A stretch of DNA of 62,959 nt, the filler included, from Aduncisulcus paluster (lineage: Eukaryota): assembly GCA_024181965.1 (NCBI GenBank). It is 33 parts of 33 records of this genome, joined end to end, with 100 filler letters (N's around TTAATTAATTAA, not from the genome) between each part and the next. Parts side by side here need not be neighbours in the genome. Positions count along the whole stretch, not along the records: positions 43,594 to 44,785 come from BQXS01001013.1; positions 44,886 to 45,903 come from BQXS01001014.1; positions 46,004 to 47,168 come from BQXS01001015.1; positions 47,269 to 48,475 come from BQXS01001023.1; positions 48,576 to 49,623 come from BQXS01001025.1; positions 49,724 to 50,795 come from BQXS01001031.1; positions 50,896 to 52,929 come from BQXS01001034.1; positions 53,030 to 54,455 come from BQXS01001035.1; 25 more parts are not named here. One strand, 5' to 3'. Positions 43,594 through 56,604 of this stretch are shown here, in pieces. The notes beneath the pieces were generated by a model that did no database searches, was not told where the DNA came from, and saw only the letters and a program-made list of their open reading frames with translations. A program made the translations under genes and the position numbers. Every line of letters begins with the position of its first letter. Positions within the stretch are counted from its first letter, which is position 1.

Positions 43594-44084
43594 GTTTCGA
43601 CAAGCAGTGCTTCAAATACCCGGCGTAGTTTTTCACTGAGCTGCAAATGGTAATCATCCAGAGAATCGCGCAAAAACTGAATACGGCGGGTTCTTTCATC
43701 ATTTAGAAAGGGCAGGTCGGATTTTACAAAGAGTTCCAACTGATCAACAACTGTTTCCAGAAACGGTTCAAGCTCCATCTTAATTCGTTTGGCTTCTTCT
43801 TTGCGCCGCTTTAGCTCTGCAATTACACCTTCCTGCTTTTTGACGTATCTATCGTATTTCCGGTTTTGAAATTCCAGCCACGCTTCTGTGGCTTTCATCT
43901 CGCGAATTGAATCCGATTCCTGATCTTTGAGGTCGGCCCAATCCTGATATTGCTGTTGCGCATTTGCCTCTATCTCCACAGCTTTGGCCGCTTGTTCATG
44001 TACAGCTTTGACCCGCATATTGCTCATGGCAGGGGCTGTCACCATTAGCTGTGCAACTAGAGAAATTAGTACAATTCTATTCAT
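43594..44084 (-). CDS. DUF3450 family protein (TonB-system associated), partial
   Basis: Signal peptide, coiled coil, LELFVKSDLPF..ER..R, SEKLRRVFEAL; RBS GGGAG. Confidence 0.85.
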
Positions 44085-44116
44085 AGAATCTCCCGATATT
44101 CGAACCTTATTAATAT

Positions 44117-44203
44117 AATGAAAATCGCGTTCATATATAGGCAAATACCAGTGGCGGATTCTAACATCTGATGAACTGTTTGTTGCTGATTATGAATTTC
44201 AAT
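44117..44203. promoter_or_regulatory. Two Fur-box-like sites upstream of the DUF3450 gene
   Basis: AATGAAAATCGCGTTCATA (44117-44135) and GCTGATTATGAATTTCAAT (44185-44203). Confidence 0.45.
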
Positions 44204-44322
44204 TGCATTCTTGTGTGCTAAGCCAGAAATAAAAGAGGAAGAAGTCTTCTGTTGAATAGAAAAACGCCCCTCACATAAATGTGTAAGGGGCGTATTTTTA
44301 GTAACTCGCTAGAAGAAAAAGG

Positions 44323-44505
44323 ATGTCCTGCAAGGTTTTGAAGCGTACCCCAGTCAACAAAAAGCAAGAACTCACATCTGATCAGATCATTCAGGTGATA
44401 CAGAGCGGCAAACCTCTCAAGCTCCTGCGCATAGGCTATCGCGATCCCGAAACACGCATTCACTACGTGTTTTTGATCAACTACTTTAGCCTTTCAGCCC
44501 GGACC
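44323..44505 (+). pseudogene. IS4-family transposase remnant
   Basis: TSDQII...LRIGYRDPETRIHYVFLINYFSLSART resembles an internal IS4 segment; no complete DDE. Confidence 0.6.
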
Positions 44506-44612
44506 ATGTTTGATTCTAAAGATATTTTATCACTATTTTCTATCCGAAACTCAACTTGGCTTATGATGAAAAAGCTCTCCCTCCGATCATCGGAGGCACG
44601 TGTCAGCGTTTT

Positions 44613-44785
44613 TTAGAAATCCATCCGCAAAATGCCGAAGATGGAATTGCTGTTCGTGGTTTCGCCGAATTCCCCGGCATAGCTCAAGGTGAAGCTGGCA
44701 TCCCCTAGGGCGATGGTCACGCCCAGTTCCGGAGCTAGACGATTGGAGTCATTTTCCGTGGTTACCTGTGCTGAGGTGGTGGCCA
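44613..44785 (-). CDS. Autotransporter/outer-membrane beta-barrel C-terminus
   Basis: ELGVTIALGDASFTLSYAGEFG...FGILRMDF*, alternating pattern with terminal Phe. Confidence 0.6.
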
Positions 44786-44885
44786 NNNNNNNNNNNNNNN
44801 NNNNNNNNNNNNNNNNNNNNNNNNNNNNNTTAATTAATTAANNNNNNNNNNNNNNNNNNNNNNNNNNNNNNNNNNNNNNNNNNNN

Positions 44886-45903
44886 TCTCTTCTTCTTTGT
44901 CCCTGGACGAAGCTCTCCACTCGTAGTAAGCTCTTTGGAGGGAATGGACAGATGGGACAGAAGGGAGGGTGAAGGATCTAGGAGTGAAGCGTTGTTCAGA
45001 GAAGACACAATCGACAGTGAACACTTCTGGAGTGTGATGATCAGAGTTCTTCATCTATAAGAGTCCTCGGCGAGCATCTAGCAAAGTATGAAGACATACA
45101 CAAAGATATTTCATGCAATTTTCCCACCTCTTCACCCATTTGCTATCACTCACTGAGGAGAGGATTAATGGTTGATTGTTTAAATAACATACACCAACTT
45201 TATCGGGAGTGCGCAACAGAAATAAATCACTCCGATTGTGTTCTAAAAATAGATCTTGCACTCCACCTTCGATTCCTCCACTGATATCTCTTGATAGTTG
45301 AACAGGAAGCTCAACTTTGACAGGAAAAACAAGAGAGAATTCTTCTTTCTTGTTGGAAGGAACATGAATAGCTGAAGAAAAACTGATTGAACTATCATCG
45401 GAAGCATGAATTAGTTCAGACTCATCACCTTTATCGCTTACTGAAGATAAAGATGAAGATGAACTATTATTCCCCAATGATTTCTCCTTCTCTCTCTCTC
45501 TCTTCTTTCTCTCTCTCTTCTTTTCTTCTCCTCTTAATTGCTTGATCACGCTCTTCTCTCTCTCGCTTCTCACACATTTCGACAGCAATCATACAACATG
45601 AAGCCATAAGGCCAGTGAGTGCTGCATTGAATAGTTTCAAGTGTGCGGACGAAGGTTTGGGTGGAAGAAAGAGGGGGAACATGTGTTGTTGAGTTTTGTA
45701 CAACAACTTTGTTGACGACGACGAGGAAGAAGAGGAAGAAGAAGATTTGGTTGATATATCTTTTGAAGGACTTATTGGAGATACTGGAGATACTGGAGTA
45801 GATTTGTCTCCTGCTTCATCAATTGATGATACTGGAACAGGAATAGGGGGAGAATCGATGAGTATTTTTTCTTTAAATACTATATAAGACCTACTAGCCC
45901 CTG
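44886..45903 (-). CDS. Eukaryotic low-complexity hypothetical protein, frame broken in a GA repeat
   Basis: Ser- and Glu/Arg-rich ORF pieces in different frames join at the (GA)n tract near 45490-45520. Confidence 0.4.
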
Positions 45904-46684
45904 NNNNNNNNNNNNNNNNNNNNNNNNNNNNNNNNNNNNNNNNNNNNTTAATTAATTAANNNNNNNNNNNNNNNNNNNNNNNNNNNNNNNNNNNNNNNNN
46001 NNNGTTTTCAACTCTGGTAGTTTCAACACCCTTCTTGGAACTCCCCAAATGTCCCGATACTATAGTATACTGAGCTGGAAAGTTATCTAGAAGTTAAAAT
46101 TCAAGCCCTTCTTCGTGAACTGACATCTGAGGCAGATGGAGCACAATAGATATGTACATGCATGATATCATAGAAGCTGTCAAGAACGAGACTAACCTCA
46201 CATCGCCTCACCCCTTGGAGTCCAGGATGCATAGGCAAATACTGGGAGAGATGGAGGGCACTGGGCTTCCCCAAAGACTTAGTGATGTTCTTAAAGAGGG
46301 GAGTTTCCCTCCCATTCTCCTCGAGGTCGGAGGGACCATGGCTTCGTACGGAGCTAAAGATGTGGTCAACGGTGCAGGAGCTGGTCAAAGATGAAGTTGT
46401 TCTACTACTTGGAATGGACATCCTATATCGAAAGAGAGTACGTTTCAATGCTGTCATCACGGATGAAAGTCCGACTCTCACGGATCTATTTGGAGAAATA
46501 ACTGAGCACGCCTTTCTGAGAATGCAAGTAACGACTTTGGTCATACGAAATTGAATGGATCAACGATTGAGTTAGATTATTAAGAATGTATGTCTTGCCC
46601 AACCACCCACCCTACATACATACATAACATCACAATACTCTATGATACATTCTATACAATGAAGCACTAAACCAAACTTCCATT

Positions 46685-46717
<33 letters not shown>

Positions 46718-46720
46718 TTC
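46685..46720. repeat. (CT)n microsatellite
   Basis: Direct observation. Confidence 0.9.
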
Positions 46721-47268
46721 TATCTCAGATATCAGAAAAATATCAAAAGAAGGATGAATACCAAGACAGACTCGAGAGAAAGTTTACTACTGGAAAAACA
46801 TAACCCAAATTATCCAATCCAGATTAAACCGATCAATTGACCAACCGATGGAAAAGTTCTTTAGGTTCTTGAAGCAAGATGAGATTATATTTTGAAGTGT
46901 TGAAGTCAGCACAAACAGTAATATTCTAACTTGAAGAAAGATAACCGTGAACAAAAGAGTTCTAGATCATGAATTGATACAGTTGATCACAAACCATACC
47001 AGATCATATTGAAATGACCTTCACAAACATACTTAATGAGAATGAAGAATAAGATCAGAAGAAAGAAACACACATATGCAAAAGACACTTTTCTCAACCA
47101 TGTCAGTGTCAAAACTATTCCAAGAACATCACTTATAGACAGATACTCAATCCACATCCACTCATAAGNNNNNNNNNNNNNNNNNNNNNNNNNNNNNNNN
47201 NNNNNNNNNNNNTTAATTAATTAANNNNNNNNNNNNNNNNNNNNNNNNNNNNNNNNNNNNNNNNNNNN

Positions 47269-48340
47269 TGAAGAGAATGTGCGTTGTGTGGAGCGAATGA
47301 AGAAAGAATTCTCTCGTCAATGTAAGTTGTATTCCAAGGCGTCGTTACAAAGCTGTATCCCTCGTCCTCTGCATATCCTTGATCTTCTCGATGGTGATCT
47401 GAAAGGAACGTTCGGGATGGCGATGGAGTTCTGTCAAGGTGGGAATGTGATTGAGTTTGCCAAGAGCTGGGCTGTTGATCTCGACGAATGTGATCCTTGT
47501 GAAGATGATGAAGAGGACCTTGTGTATGATCCTGTGAAGATCGCTGCTCTGTGTGTGGCTATCATCGAGTGTGTTGCTACCTTGTGTGTTGCGAAGAAGA
47601 AGCTTGTTCATCGCGACATTAAACCCGATAACTTCCTTGTTCGGTATGATGCTTTGAAGAAACAGTGTCATGTTCTTCTTGGAGATTTGGGCTTTGTTGA
47701 GATCCGTGACTCTATGTCTCGCAGTTCTTTCATTACCACAGATTCCTCTTCTTCTTCAACTTCTTCAAGTTCTTCAAGTTCTTCAAGATCTTCTTCATCC
47801 TCCTCCGAAGATCGTCCGTTTGTATTCAAGACATCGATCGTGGGCACTCTGTGTTACAATGCACCCGAGAGTCTTGCCAGTGGGTTTTACTGCCAACGCA
47901 GTGATGCATGGGGAGTTGTGCTGACAATATGGTCTCTCTTCAATGATATGAAGCAGCCTTTTATGAGTCATCCCAAGGTGACAACAATTCCATATTCTGA
48001 GGATTATGACAAGAATCTTATTGATGTTTTAGGAGAGCTCACAAAGAACAAGAGTTGCCACCCACAGCTGACAGACAGTGAGATCTTCTGTTCCCTTGAG
48101 ACGATTGAAGGTGGGAAATACAATGCCGTGTATCAAGTGTTTCTTGCCGTGTTCGATGGTCTGTTGAACCCTGACCGTCTGAAACGAATGACGATCCACC
48201 AAGCCCGCTCTCTGACGAATGATATCAAATATTTACTGCCGCGTCTTGGAGAAGGGTGGGAATGTCCATCCATCGAGGAGTACATTGCCCGTCAGCTTGA
48301 AGAGTATGATGGGTGTACAGGGACAATCCATGGCTTTTAA
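47269..48340 (+). CDS. Divergent eukaryotic Ser/Thr protein kinase (5'-truncated)
   Basis: MEFCQGG, HRDIKPDN, DLG, GTLCYNAPE, SDAWG. Confidence 0.9.
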
Positions 48341-48378
48341 GCAGTAGCAGTAGCAGTAGCAGTAGCAGTAGCAGCAGC
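48341..48378. repeat. (GCAGTA)5 microsatellite directly after the kinase stop
   Basis: Direct observation. Confidence 0.9.
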
Positions 48379-48575
48379 CGTGTGAAATAAGGAGTTGATA
48401 AAGATGTGCTCTAGTTGGTGAAGTGTGTAATCTCCCAGCTCTCACAAAAAAATCTCACACTTTCACTGTTCTATTNNNNNNNNNNNNNNNNNNNNNNNNN
48501 NNNNNNNNNNNNNNNNNNNTTAATTAATTAANNNNNNNNNNNNNNNNNNNNNNNNNNNNNNNNNNNNNNNNNNNN

Positions 48576-49528
48576 TCGAGAAGAAATTTAAAACACGAAT
48601 CGACTGACGATTTATCATTTTTCTCATGGCTAATTATTTCAATCAAATAATTTTTTAGGAAGGATTCCAAGTCGAATTTTGTGATCATGTCTCTCACAAT
48701 CTCTGTGGATCTTTCCTTGGAGGCCAGAATAAACTCAAAGAACATGAATGACATTTCATTGCGGCGTTGAATGATAGGATCATCGCTTTGCCATTTTTTC
48801 AGAGAAGAGATCCAGTCTGCTATGGAACGTGCATCTTTCCCGATGTAACCAAACATATCACGCTTCTGGTTAGATGGGAGGTATTCGCATTGCTGAGAGA
48901 GGTATCCGCATTGACGAGAGAGGTATGAAATGATATCGCCAACAATCGGACACGAACGGTCATGTGCGATATCTTTGGACAGATCCTTGGAAATATGCAC
49001 AATCGTTTTGATCAGTACATCATTGCAAACGAACATTTCACGACAGAATGAATGTTCCTCAGATGAACATGACGAACATGGAGACATGACACGGGATGCG
49101 ATCTTGTCAATAAATTTCACAAATATCCATCGAATCGGGATATACTCAGGTTTTGTCATGAATGCTGGAATAATGCTGGGATTTTGGAAATGATCAATGA
49201 TATTTTTAACCACTGACATGCTGCACTTTGAATTATAGACATATAACGTGTATATATGGAGAATCTCTGCAAGAAGACTCCGATTGTCCTTAAGTGTAAT
49301 ATCATGGTCACAATGATACTCACGTTCACGATCATCCGAAAGTAAGAAGGAAATAGATGTCTTGATGATGAGTGCATAGAATGGCAAAAGAGGGGGGAAA
49401 TATTGCTCGATGATCTCACAATCATTCTTCTGCAAGACAAGTCGACCAAACCTACAGAACATCTCCTGGAACTCGTATGGGAGATAAAGAGGGAATGCAG
49501 ATTGTATCTTGGATTTGGAATACTCCAT
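48576..49528 (-). CDS. Eukaryotic hypothetical helical protein (partial)
   Basis: Long ORF, no recognised domain. Confidence 0.5.
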
Positions 49529-49723
49529 GAAATGTTGAATACTCGAGGAAAAAAGTCTTTCAGTAATGATCTTAATCTCCTCACCTGTCAGGGCTTCAAT
49601 GCTCAGGGACTTGTCAATGACACNNNNNNNNNNNNNNNNNNNNNNNNNNNNNNNNNNNNNNNNNNNNTTAATTAATTAANNNNNNNNNNNNNNNNNNNNN
49701 NNNNNNNNNNNNNNNNNNNNNNN

Positions 49724-50300
49724 GTTGGATCGCATTTTTGCCGGAATATGGGCTGGGTCAGAGAAAAAGATCGAAGCCCACTGTCCATTCCTTAAGTTCA
49801 AGATAACCGAGGAAAATAATTCTATTACAGGGCTGCACGCTAGCCGTGATGTTGAACATATCGGTTCCATGTGGCCTGTGTTGGCAGGCAAAATAGAGCA
49901 GTTTTTGAAAGAAGGGTGTATAGAATATTCCGATGAAGAGATTATTCCTGATGAATGGCTGCGCCCATGGCAGCCGGAAAAATTTCCTGAGGACAAACTT
50001 ATCGAGATGTTATCTTCCGGGGCAAACTATCAGTGCGCACGGGCTGTCGGCTCTTTTTTTCTCGATCTTGGAAAAGATTACACTGAGCTATTGGCCCGTA
50101 CCGCAGAATTTACCCCGGTCTGCCACAATACATTGCATATGATCAAAACTTACTCCCGTATCTGGCCCAATCCGGTTTTGACCCACTGGTGTCAGGTTCA
50201 TCGTAATGCTGTAGCTTCATTTACAGCCAATGGCCCTCTCTACATAACAAACTATATAAAGCGTATTGACGAAATCGAACGTTTTGTTCTGGGATCTTAG
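49724..50300 (+). CDS. Bacterial hypothetical protein, C-terminal part (Desulfovibrionaceae-like)
   Basis: 191 open codons; stop overlaps the convergent gene. Confidence 0.55.
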
Positions 50301-50795
50301 TCTGCTGCCTGTAATCCGTATTTTTGTAGAATCTTTTGTAAACGCCCGGATTCTTTCATTTGGGAAAGACTGAAATTGAATTTTCTTACAAGTACGGACG
50401 GTGTGTGTCTTTTGGAAAATGCTATGTAATAGTTCAGGCTTTTTTCCGTTGCAGCGTAGGAAATGTTATTTAGCTTTAATCGTTTGATTGCCGCCAGTCC
50501 GACATCTCTGTTTGAGTAAACCGCATCAACCCGGCATCGAGACAACTTTCTGAATTGTGTAAGGTCATCAGGGGTTATATCAATGTTTATATTGCTTTTG
50601 AAATTGATGGTAAATTTTTCAAGGTTATACGATGTGTTTGATGGGCCGTAAGTTCCGATTGTCATGTTGCGAAGGCTTTCGACTCCATTATAATTTATCG
50701 GTTTTTCCGAGCATTGAAAAAAACCGTATTCGGTAGCAATCAAAGGTGGACTGAAGTAGAATTCCTGTTCCCTCTCTTTGTTCTTGCCTACCATG
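50297..50795 (-). CDS. Family-3-type substrate-binding periplasmic protein (partial)
   Basis: KNKEREQEFYFSPP, RVDAV, YYIAFSK, MKESGRLQKILQKYG. Confidence 0.8.
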
Positions 50796-50895
50796 NNNNN
50801 NNNNNNNNNNNNNNNNNNNNNNNNNNNNNNNNNNNNNNNTTAATTAATTAANNNNNNNNNNNNNNNNNNNNNNNNNNNNNNNNNNNNNNNNNNNN

Positions 50896-52929
50896 TCCGT
50901 GGTGCCGACTTACGGGGTGCAGGTGCCTGATTATTACGGCTCGATCACCAATCTGCGCGGCGACATCGCCGTGAACGCCGGCGCCATCGGTGGGCTCGCG
51001 CCGAACCTCGGCGGTGCCACCTTCACCTCGTACGATCCGCGCGCGGTCGACCCGAACGTCTTCAAGCGCTCGATGAAAACCCCCGGACCGATCTTCACGC
51101 CGGGCGATGGCACCATCAGCATCACGACGCGCGGCGATCTCGTGTTCGGGGGCGCCGGCGATGCCGGCATGGCTGATCCGGTCGATCAGAACCAAACCCC
51201 TTACACGGTGCGGAATGCGGACGGCACGACCTCGCTCGTCGCGAGCGGCGGGCAATCACGCTTCACTTTGTGGACGCCGTCGACCGCGATCGGCCTCTAC
51301 GCCGCGGGCGGCGACGTCGCAGCCCTGGACGGAAATCCCGCCAGCGGCGTCGGCAGCGTCGCCTTCTATCCCGGCACGCTGATCGCTGCCGCCGCCAATG
51401 GCGACATTCGCTTCTCGGAGCCCGGAGGTACTGCTCTGTCGTTTGCGCCGATCGAGCTCGCACCTTCGCCGTTCGGCCAGCTCGCGCTTCTGGCCGCCGG
51501 CTCGATCTATGGCTCGAGCCAGGTGGTGGCGATGTCGGGTGCGGACATGAGCACGCTCGCGACGCCGTTCCATCCCGTGTTCAATACGACGAATGCCTCC
51601 AATGCCAGCCCGACGGCGCCAAACCGCCTGACCAATGGCATTCCGATTGCCTTCGGCCCCGATACGCCGCTGACCAATCTGCACGCCGGCGACAATCAGC
51701 CTGCGCTGGTTTACGCCGGTGTCGACATCGTCGACCTGNNNNNNNNNNNNNNNNNNNNNNNNNNNNNNNNNNNNNNNNNNNNNNNNNNNNNNNNNNNNNN
51801 NNNNNNNNNNNNNNNNNNNNNNNNNNNNNNNNNNNNNNNNNNNNNNNNNNNNNNNNNNNNNNNNNNNNNNNNNNGACTATCGGACAGGTCCAGGGGATGC
51901 AGCCGCAAACCAATCTGGGATTCCTGCCGTCGCCCACGACCTGGTACACAGCCGCCAAGCCGTTCCAGATCGTCGCGGGTCGCGATATCGTCGGCACCGG
52001 CCCGACGCCGGATGCAATCTTCAACAACCCGGACCTGGCCTTCGCCAACGCCGGCGACAATTCCGGTTATGTCTCCATCATCAAGGCCGGCCGCGACATC
52101 ATCTATCAATCGGTCACCGTTGCCGGCTCGGGACTGCTGGATGTGCAGGCAGGCCGCAACCTGTATCAGGGCTATTACGGGATGCTGCAAAGCGTCGGCC
52201 CNNNNNNNNNNNNNNNNNNNNNNNNNNNNNNNNNNNNNNNNNNNNNNNNNNNNNNNNNNNNNNNNNNNNNNNNNNNNNNNNNNNNNNNNNNNNNNNNNNN
52301 NNNNNNNNNNNNNNNNNNNNNNNNNNNNNNNNNNNNNNNNNNNNNNNNNNNNNNNNNNNNNNNNNNNNNNNNNNNNTCATTGCCTGGCTGAACAAGATGT
52401 ACGGCTTCACCGGCTCGAGCGCCGACGCGTTGACGTTCTTCCTGGGATTGTCGAGCGAGCAGCAGAGCATCTTCGTCCGCCAGATCTATTTCGCGGAGCT
52501 CACCGCCGGCGGACGCGAGGAGACCGGCGCGCTGGCCAGTCCGCGGCTCGGCAGCTATCTGCGCGGCCGCGAGGCCATCGCCGCGTTGTTCCCGAGTACG
52601 GATGCGCAGGGCAAGCCGATCGCCTATGGCGGCGACATCACGATGTTCAGCGGCATTGCGCCGAATGGAACGGGCGGCACCTACCTTGCCAATGCCGGCA
52701 TCCACACCGACTTCGGCGGCGATATCCAGATCCTCAATCCGGGCGGCAAGACCATCATTGGCGTGGAGGGCGTTGCGCCCGGTGCCAGCGCGGGTCTGAT
52801 CACGCAAGGCTCCGGCAACATCGACGTCTATTCGCTCGGCAGCGTGCTGCTGGGCCAGAGTCGCATCATGACCACCTTCGGCGGCGACATCATTGTTTGG
52901 TCAGCAACCGGCGACATCAACGCCGGCCG
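50896..52929 (+). CDS. Filamentous haemagglutinin-family large exoprotein, C-terminal (DUF3739-like) region; frames broken by N gaps
   Basis: Repeated AGRDI motifs, YFAELTAGGRE, GSVLLGQSRIMTTFGGDIIVWSATGDINAG; high GC. Confidence 0.85.
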
Positions 52930-53160
52930 NNNNNNNNNNNNNNNNNNNNNNNNNNNNNNNNNNNNNNNNNNNNTTAATTAATTAANNNNNNNNNNNNNNN
53001 NNNNNNNNNNNNNNNNNNNNNNNNNNNNNCCGACAAGGAGGTTGCCATCTACAACGCCACCGACGATGGACCCCATACCAGAGTATGCATCGGATGGCAT
53101 GATCGGCACGTTCGCCCTCTCTCATTCCGCCGACCTCCATCTGCGGGTGTATTAGAAAGT

Positions 53161-53475
53161 TTGGGTTGGACCGTGGATTATGTGCAGACGTGGTTCACAC
53201 CACAGTCTTGCGTTGGAGTGACCGACACAAACCCAAGAAAGATTTACGAGTCGGTATGTTCTAAAACCGGTTTGAAGTGTTGGCTCGAGGTTAGAAAAGA
53301 TTCCCATAGACATATGAAGTCCGCCTTTTTCCGTTGTCACGAGTGTAAAGCCACTCTCGCCACCGTGAAGAAGCTAGCTACACGCAAGTGGGTCTTATCA
53401 AAGGCAGACCTAGATCACAAGGCTTCGTGTTCTCTATACTCACCTGAACACTGCACTATATCAGCACCAGAATAA
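53161..53475 (+). CDS. Hypothetical protein, possible MuDR/FAR1-like zinc-binding domain
   Basis: FRCHECKATL...WVLSKADLDH..SC pattern. Confidence 0.35.
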   Translation: MGWTVDYVQTWFTPQSCVGVTDTNPRKIYESVCSKTGLKCWLEVRKDSHRHMKSAFFRCHECKATLATVKKLATRKWVLSKADLDHKASCSLYSPEHCTISAPE

Positions 53476-53557
53476 ATGTTCAAACAAATTATTTATTAGC
53501 ATTAATTGGGAGAAGCATTGGTTTAAAACCCTGCATTAAACTCCCTGCCGTTTCAAA

Positions 53558-54424
53558 TTACTTTTCAGCTTCTTCAGCATCCTCAGGTGGCTGGGTATCC
53601 TCATGGGTCACCTCTTCAGCGCCTTCCTCAGTGGTTTCGGAAGAAGGCAGAGGCAGCTCAAGGGCGGAAAAACAGAACCCAATCTCTTCCATATCTCCAT
53701 TGTTTTCCCATAGCCACATCAGATGGTTGCTGGGCTCTCCATCCAAGCCAGCACAGTGACGGACGAAGTAGTGGAAGCGCATTGAACTGTCTTCCGCAAA
53801 GGCACTTACGAGCCAGCACCATGGTCGGAGACGGTCAATATCTCCCCCGCAGTTGGTCACAACATCATCTTTCCACTCCCTGAGTAAACCTTCGGGAAGA
53901 AGAGAATGGAAGGTGCCAATGAGACGTGGGGAACGAATGAAGTTCCCCAGGGCCGAGATAAAAAACTCCTGTGTGGAGGGGCTGTATCGACGACGTAAGG
54001 CCTGCTTGGTCGCGGCCACGATCAAGTCATTGCAGCAGGGAGGGGGGACCACGGTACGAGCGTCAAGGTCCGTGACGCTCGCGTTATAACACAACCCAAA
54101 GATATGGGGGAGAAGCAGTTTCTCGGTTGACACGAGATGGAGGAGGGAAGGGACAATGCGAGCGAGCTCGAGGAGGAGAGTATCTCTGTGGTCAACTCCC
54201 CATGGATGAGCAAAACAGTTGGAGAAGAACTGAATCCCATCCACGAGAATGGCAAAGGATTCAGTTCTCGCCAACTGTCCGCTCATCCATGGGGCACAGA
54301 GCAGGGACAGCTTAATGATAACTTCGTCTTCCGAAGCGACAGAAGTTATAACGACAAGAAAGGCAGCCAGAGTGTGGGCCCTGGTGTAGAGAGTTGTGGA
54401 GAGGTCGGCAGAGATCTCTATCAT
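53558..54424 (-). CDS. Eukaryotic hypothetical helical-repeat protein (partial)
   Basis: 288-aa ORF with acidic tail. Confidence 0.55.
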   Translation of the reverse strand: MIEISADLSTTLYTRAHTLAAFLVVITSVASEDEVIIKLSLLCAPWMSGQLARTESFAILVDGIQFFSNCFAHPWGVDHRDTLLLELARIVPSLLHLVSTEKLLLPHIFGLCYNASVTDLDARTVVPPPCCNDLIVAATKQALRRRYSPSTQEFFISALGNFIRSPRLIGTFHSLLPEGLLREWKDDVVTNCGGDIDRLRPWCWLVSAFAEDSSMRFHYFVRHCAGLDGEPSNHLMWLWENNGDMEEIGFCFSALELPLPSSETTEEGAEEVTHEDTQPPEDAEEAEK

Positions 54425-54555
54425 CTCTCCGGCGAGAGCGATGAGGAGGTCAACGNNNNNNNNNNNNNNNNNNNNNNNNNNNNNNNNNNNNNNNNNNNNT
54501 TAATTAATTAANNNNNNNNNNNNNNNNNNNNNNNNNNNNNNNNNNNNNNNNNNNN

Positions 54556-55726
54556 CTAAAGTTCTTCCAACAGCTAAACTAGAACCATTTAAAGTATGAC
54601 AAAGAATGTTTTTCTTTCCATCTTTGTATCGTATTTTTGCTCGTCTTGCTTGAAACTCTCTTGTATTTGAAATAGATGAAATTTCTCTATATGTATTTTG
54701 ACCTGGTAACCACACTTCAAGATCAATAGTTGTAGCAGCACTAAAACCAAGATCTCCTGTACATAACTGAACTTTTTGATGAGGTAATCCTAAAGATGTA
54801 AGTAAATCACTTGCACAATTAACCATTTTTTCAAAAATTCGCGCAGATTGCTCTGGTGTTGTTATCGCTACCATCTCAACTTTATCAAATTGATGTTGTC
54901 TTATCATACCTCGTGTATCTCTTCCCGCACTTCCAGCTTCTTTTCTAAAACAAGGAGTGTATGAAGTAAGGAGCATTGGTAACTCATCTTTATCTACTAT
55001 CTCATCATTGTAAAGATTTGTAAGGCACACTTCAGCTGTAGGAATAAGATATAAATCTTCCCCTTCGATTTTAAACAAATCATCTCCAAATTTTGGAAGC
55101 TGACCTGTTCCTTCAAGAGTATTTGTATTTGCCATAAAAGGAACATACCACTCTTCAAAACCTCGTTCACGGTTAAAGTCTAAAAAGTAGTTGATCAAAG
55201 CTCTTTCAAGTCTTGCTCCAATACCTTTGAGTGCTGCAAATCTTGATTTTGCTAGTTTTACACCTCTTGTAAAATCTATCATACCATTATTCTCACCAAG
55301 TTCCCAATGCTCTTTTGGTTCAAAAGTAAATGTAGGTTTCTCTCCTATAGTAGATAATACAACATTTTCATTTTCATCTGCTCCTATTGGAACACAATCA
55401 TCTGGAAGATTTGGAATACCCATAGCGATATTTTGTAGACTTGACTCTATTTCTCGTACTTCGTCTTCTAGTTTTTGTTTATTTTCTTTGAGTTGATTTA
55501 TCTCATCTTGTAGTGGAGTTATATCTTTACCTTCTTTTTTATAAGCACCAAACTGCTGAGATAGTTTCTTTTGTGTTGCCTGAGATGCTTCCATCTCTTT
55601 TCTTTTCTCTTTTGCATCTTCAACTTGCTTTTTCAAATTTGCTAATATTTCTTGTGTTACACCTTTTTTTTCTAATGCTTTACTCATTGAGTCGAAGTCT
55701 TTTTGTAAAAGTTTTATATCTATCAT
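54556..55726 (-). CDS. serS: Serine--tRNA ligase (3'-truncated)
   Basis: [48 protein letters not shown]. Confidence 0.97.
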
Positions 55727-55827
55727 CNNNNNNNNNNNNNNNNNNNNNNNNNNNNNNNNNNNNNNNNNNNNTTAATTAATTAANNNNNNNNNNNNNNNNN
55801 NNNNNNNNNNNNNNNNNNNNNNNNNNN

Positions 55828-56594
55828 AAGAAGCAATAGAAAATACTCCTCTTGAAGAAACAGAAAATGATGACACTTCTGAAGTAGATATAGAACAGAT
55901 GTTGGCTGGTATTGATGGGATTGTTGATGATGAAAATAATTCAGGTGAAGATGTAGATAGTATTTTAGCTGGTATTGATGGGATTGTTGATGATTCAACA
56001 ACTCAAAATGAGGATAAAATTGTTAATTCTGCTGATGATATGGAAGATAAAATTAATAGTAGTCAATATCCATTACCAGTAAGTGATGAGAATAAAGTAG
56101 TAAATCAGTTAAATGAAGTTGCTGATGATAGTGAAGAGAAAGCATCACAAATTTTTGATGTATTAAGTTTTATATTGGATGAAAATTCAGAGATTTCAAA
56201 ATATAATAAAAGTATGGCGGAGTTTATTGAGCAACAATCTCAACTGTTAGAGTCTCTCTCATCTAAGTTTCCAAATGTAAATATATTTAATGAAAATTTA
56301 TCAAGTGCAAAAACACTTCTTGAAACATCAAAACAACTTTCATCTAAAGTGGATGCTGAAAATAACAAAGTTTTTGAAGCGATGGAATTGATGCAGTATC
56401 ATGATATCAATCGACAAAAAATAGAGCGAGTTATGGCAGTAATTAAAAAACTTAGTAGTTATCTAAATGGAATCTTTGAAGATGAATCTGGAAAAGCAGA
56501 TGTACAAATAGCAAAACATATTTCTGGTGATTCAAATGACATTGTAGATAGTGATGATATAGAATCATTGATTTCAGAATTCTCTTTAAACTAA
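55828..56594 (+). CDS. Epsilonproteobacterial CheZ-like phosphatase, C-terminal part
   Basis: VVNQLNEVADDSEEKASQIFD, MQYHDINRQKIERV (DxxxQ), DDIESLISEF tail. Confidence 0.75.
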
Positions 56595-56604
56595 AAGGAA
56601 AAGT

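Noticed and set aside
55905-55994. 27-bp direct repeat in the cheZ-like gene
   Set aside because: Ordinary coding repeat (AGIDGIVDD twice) in an acidic linker.
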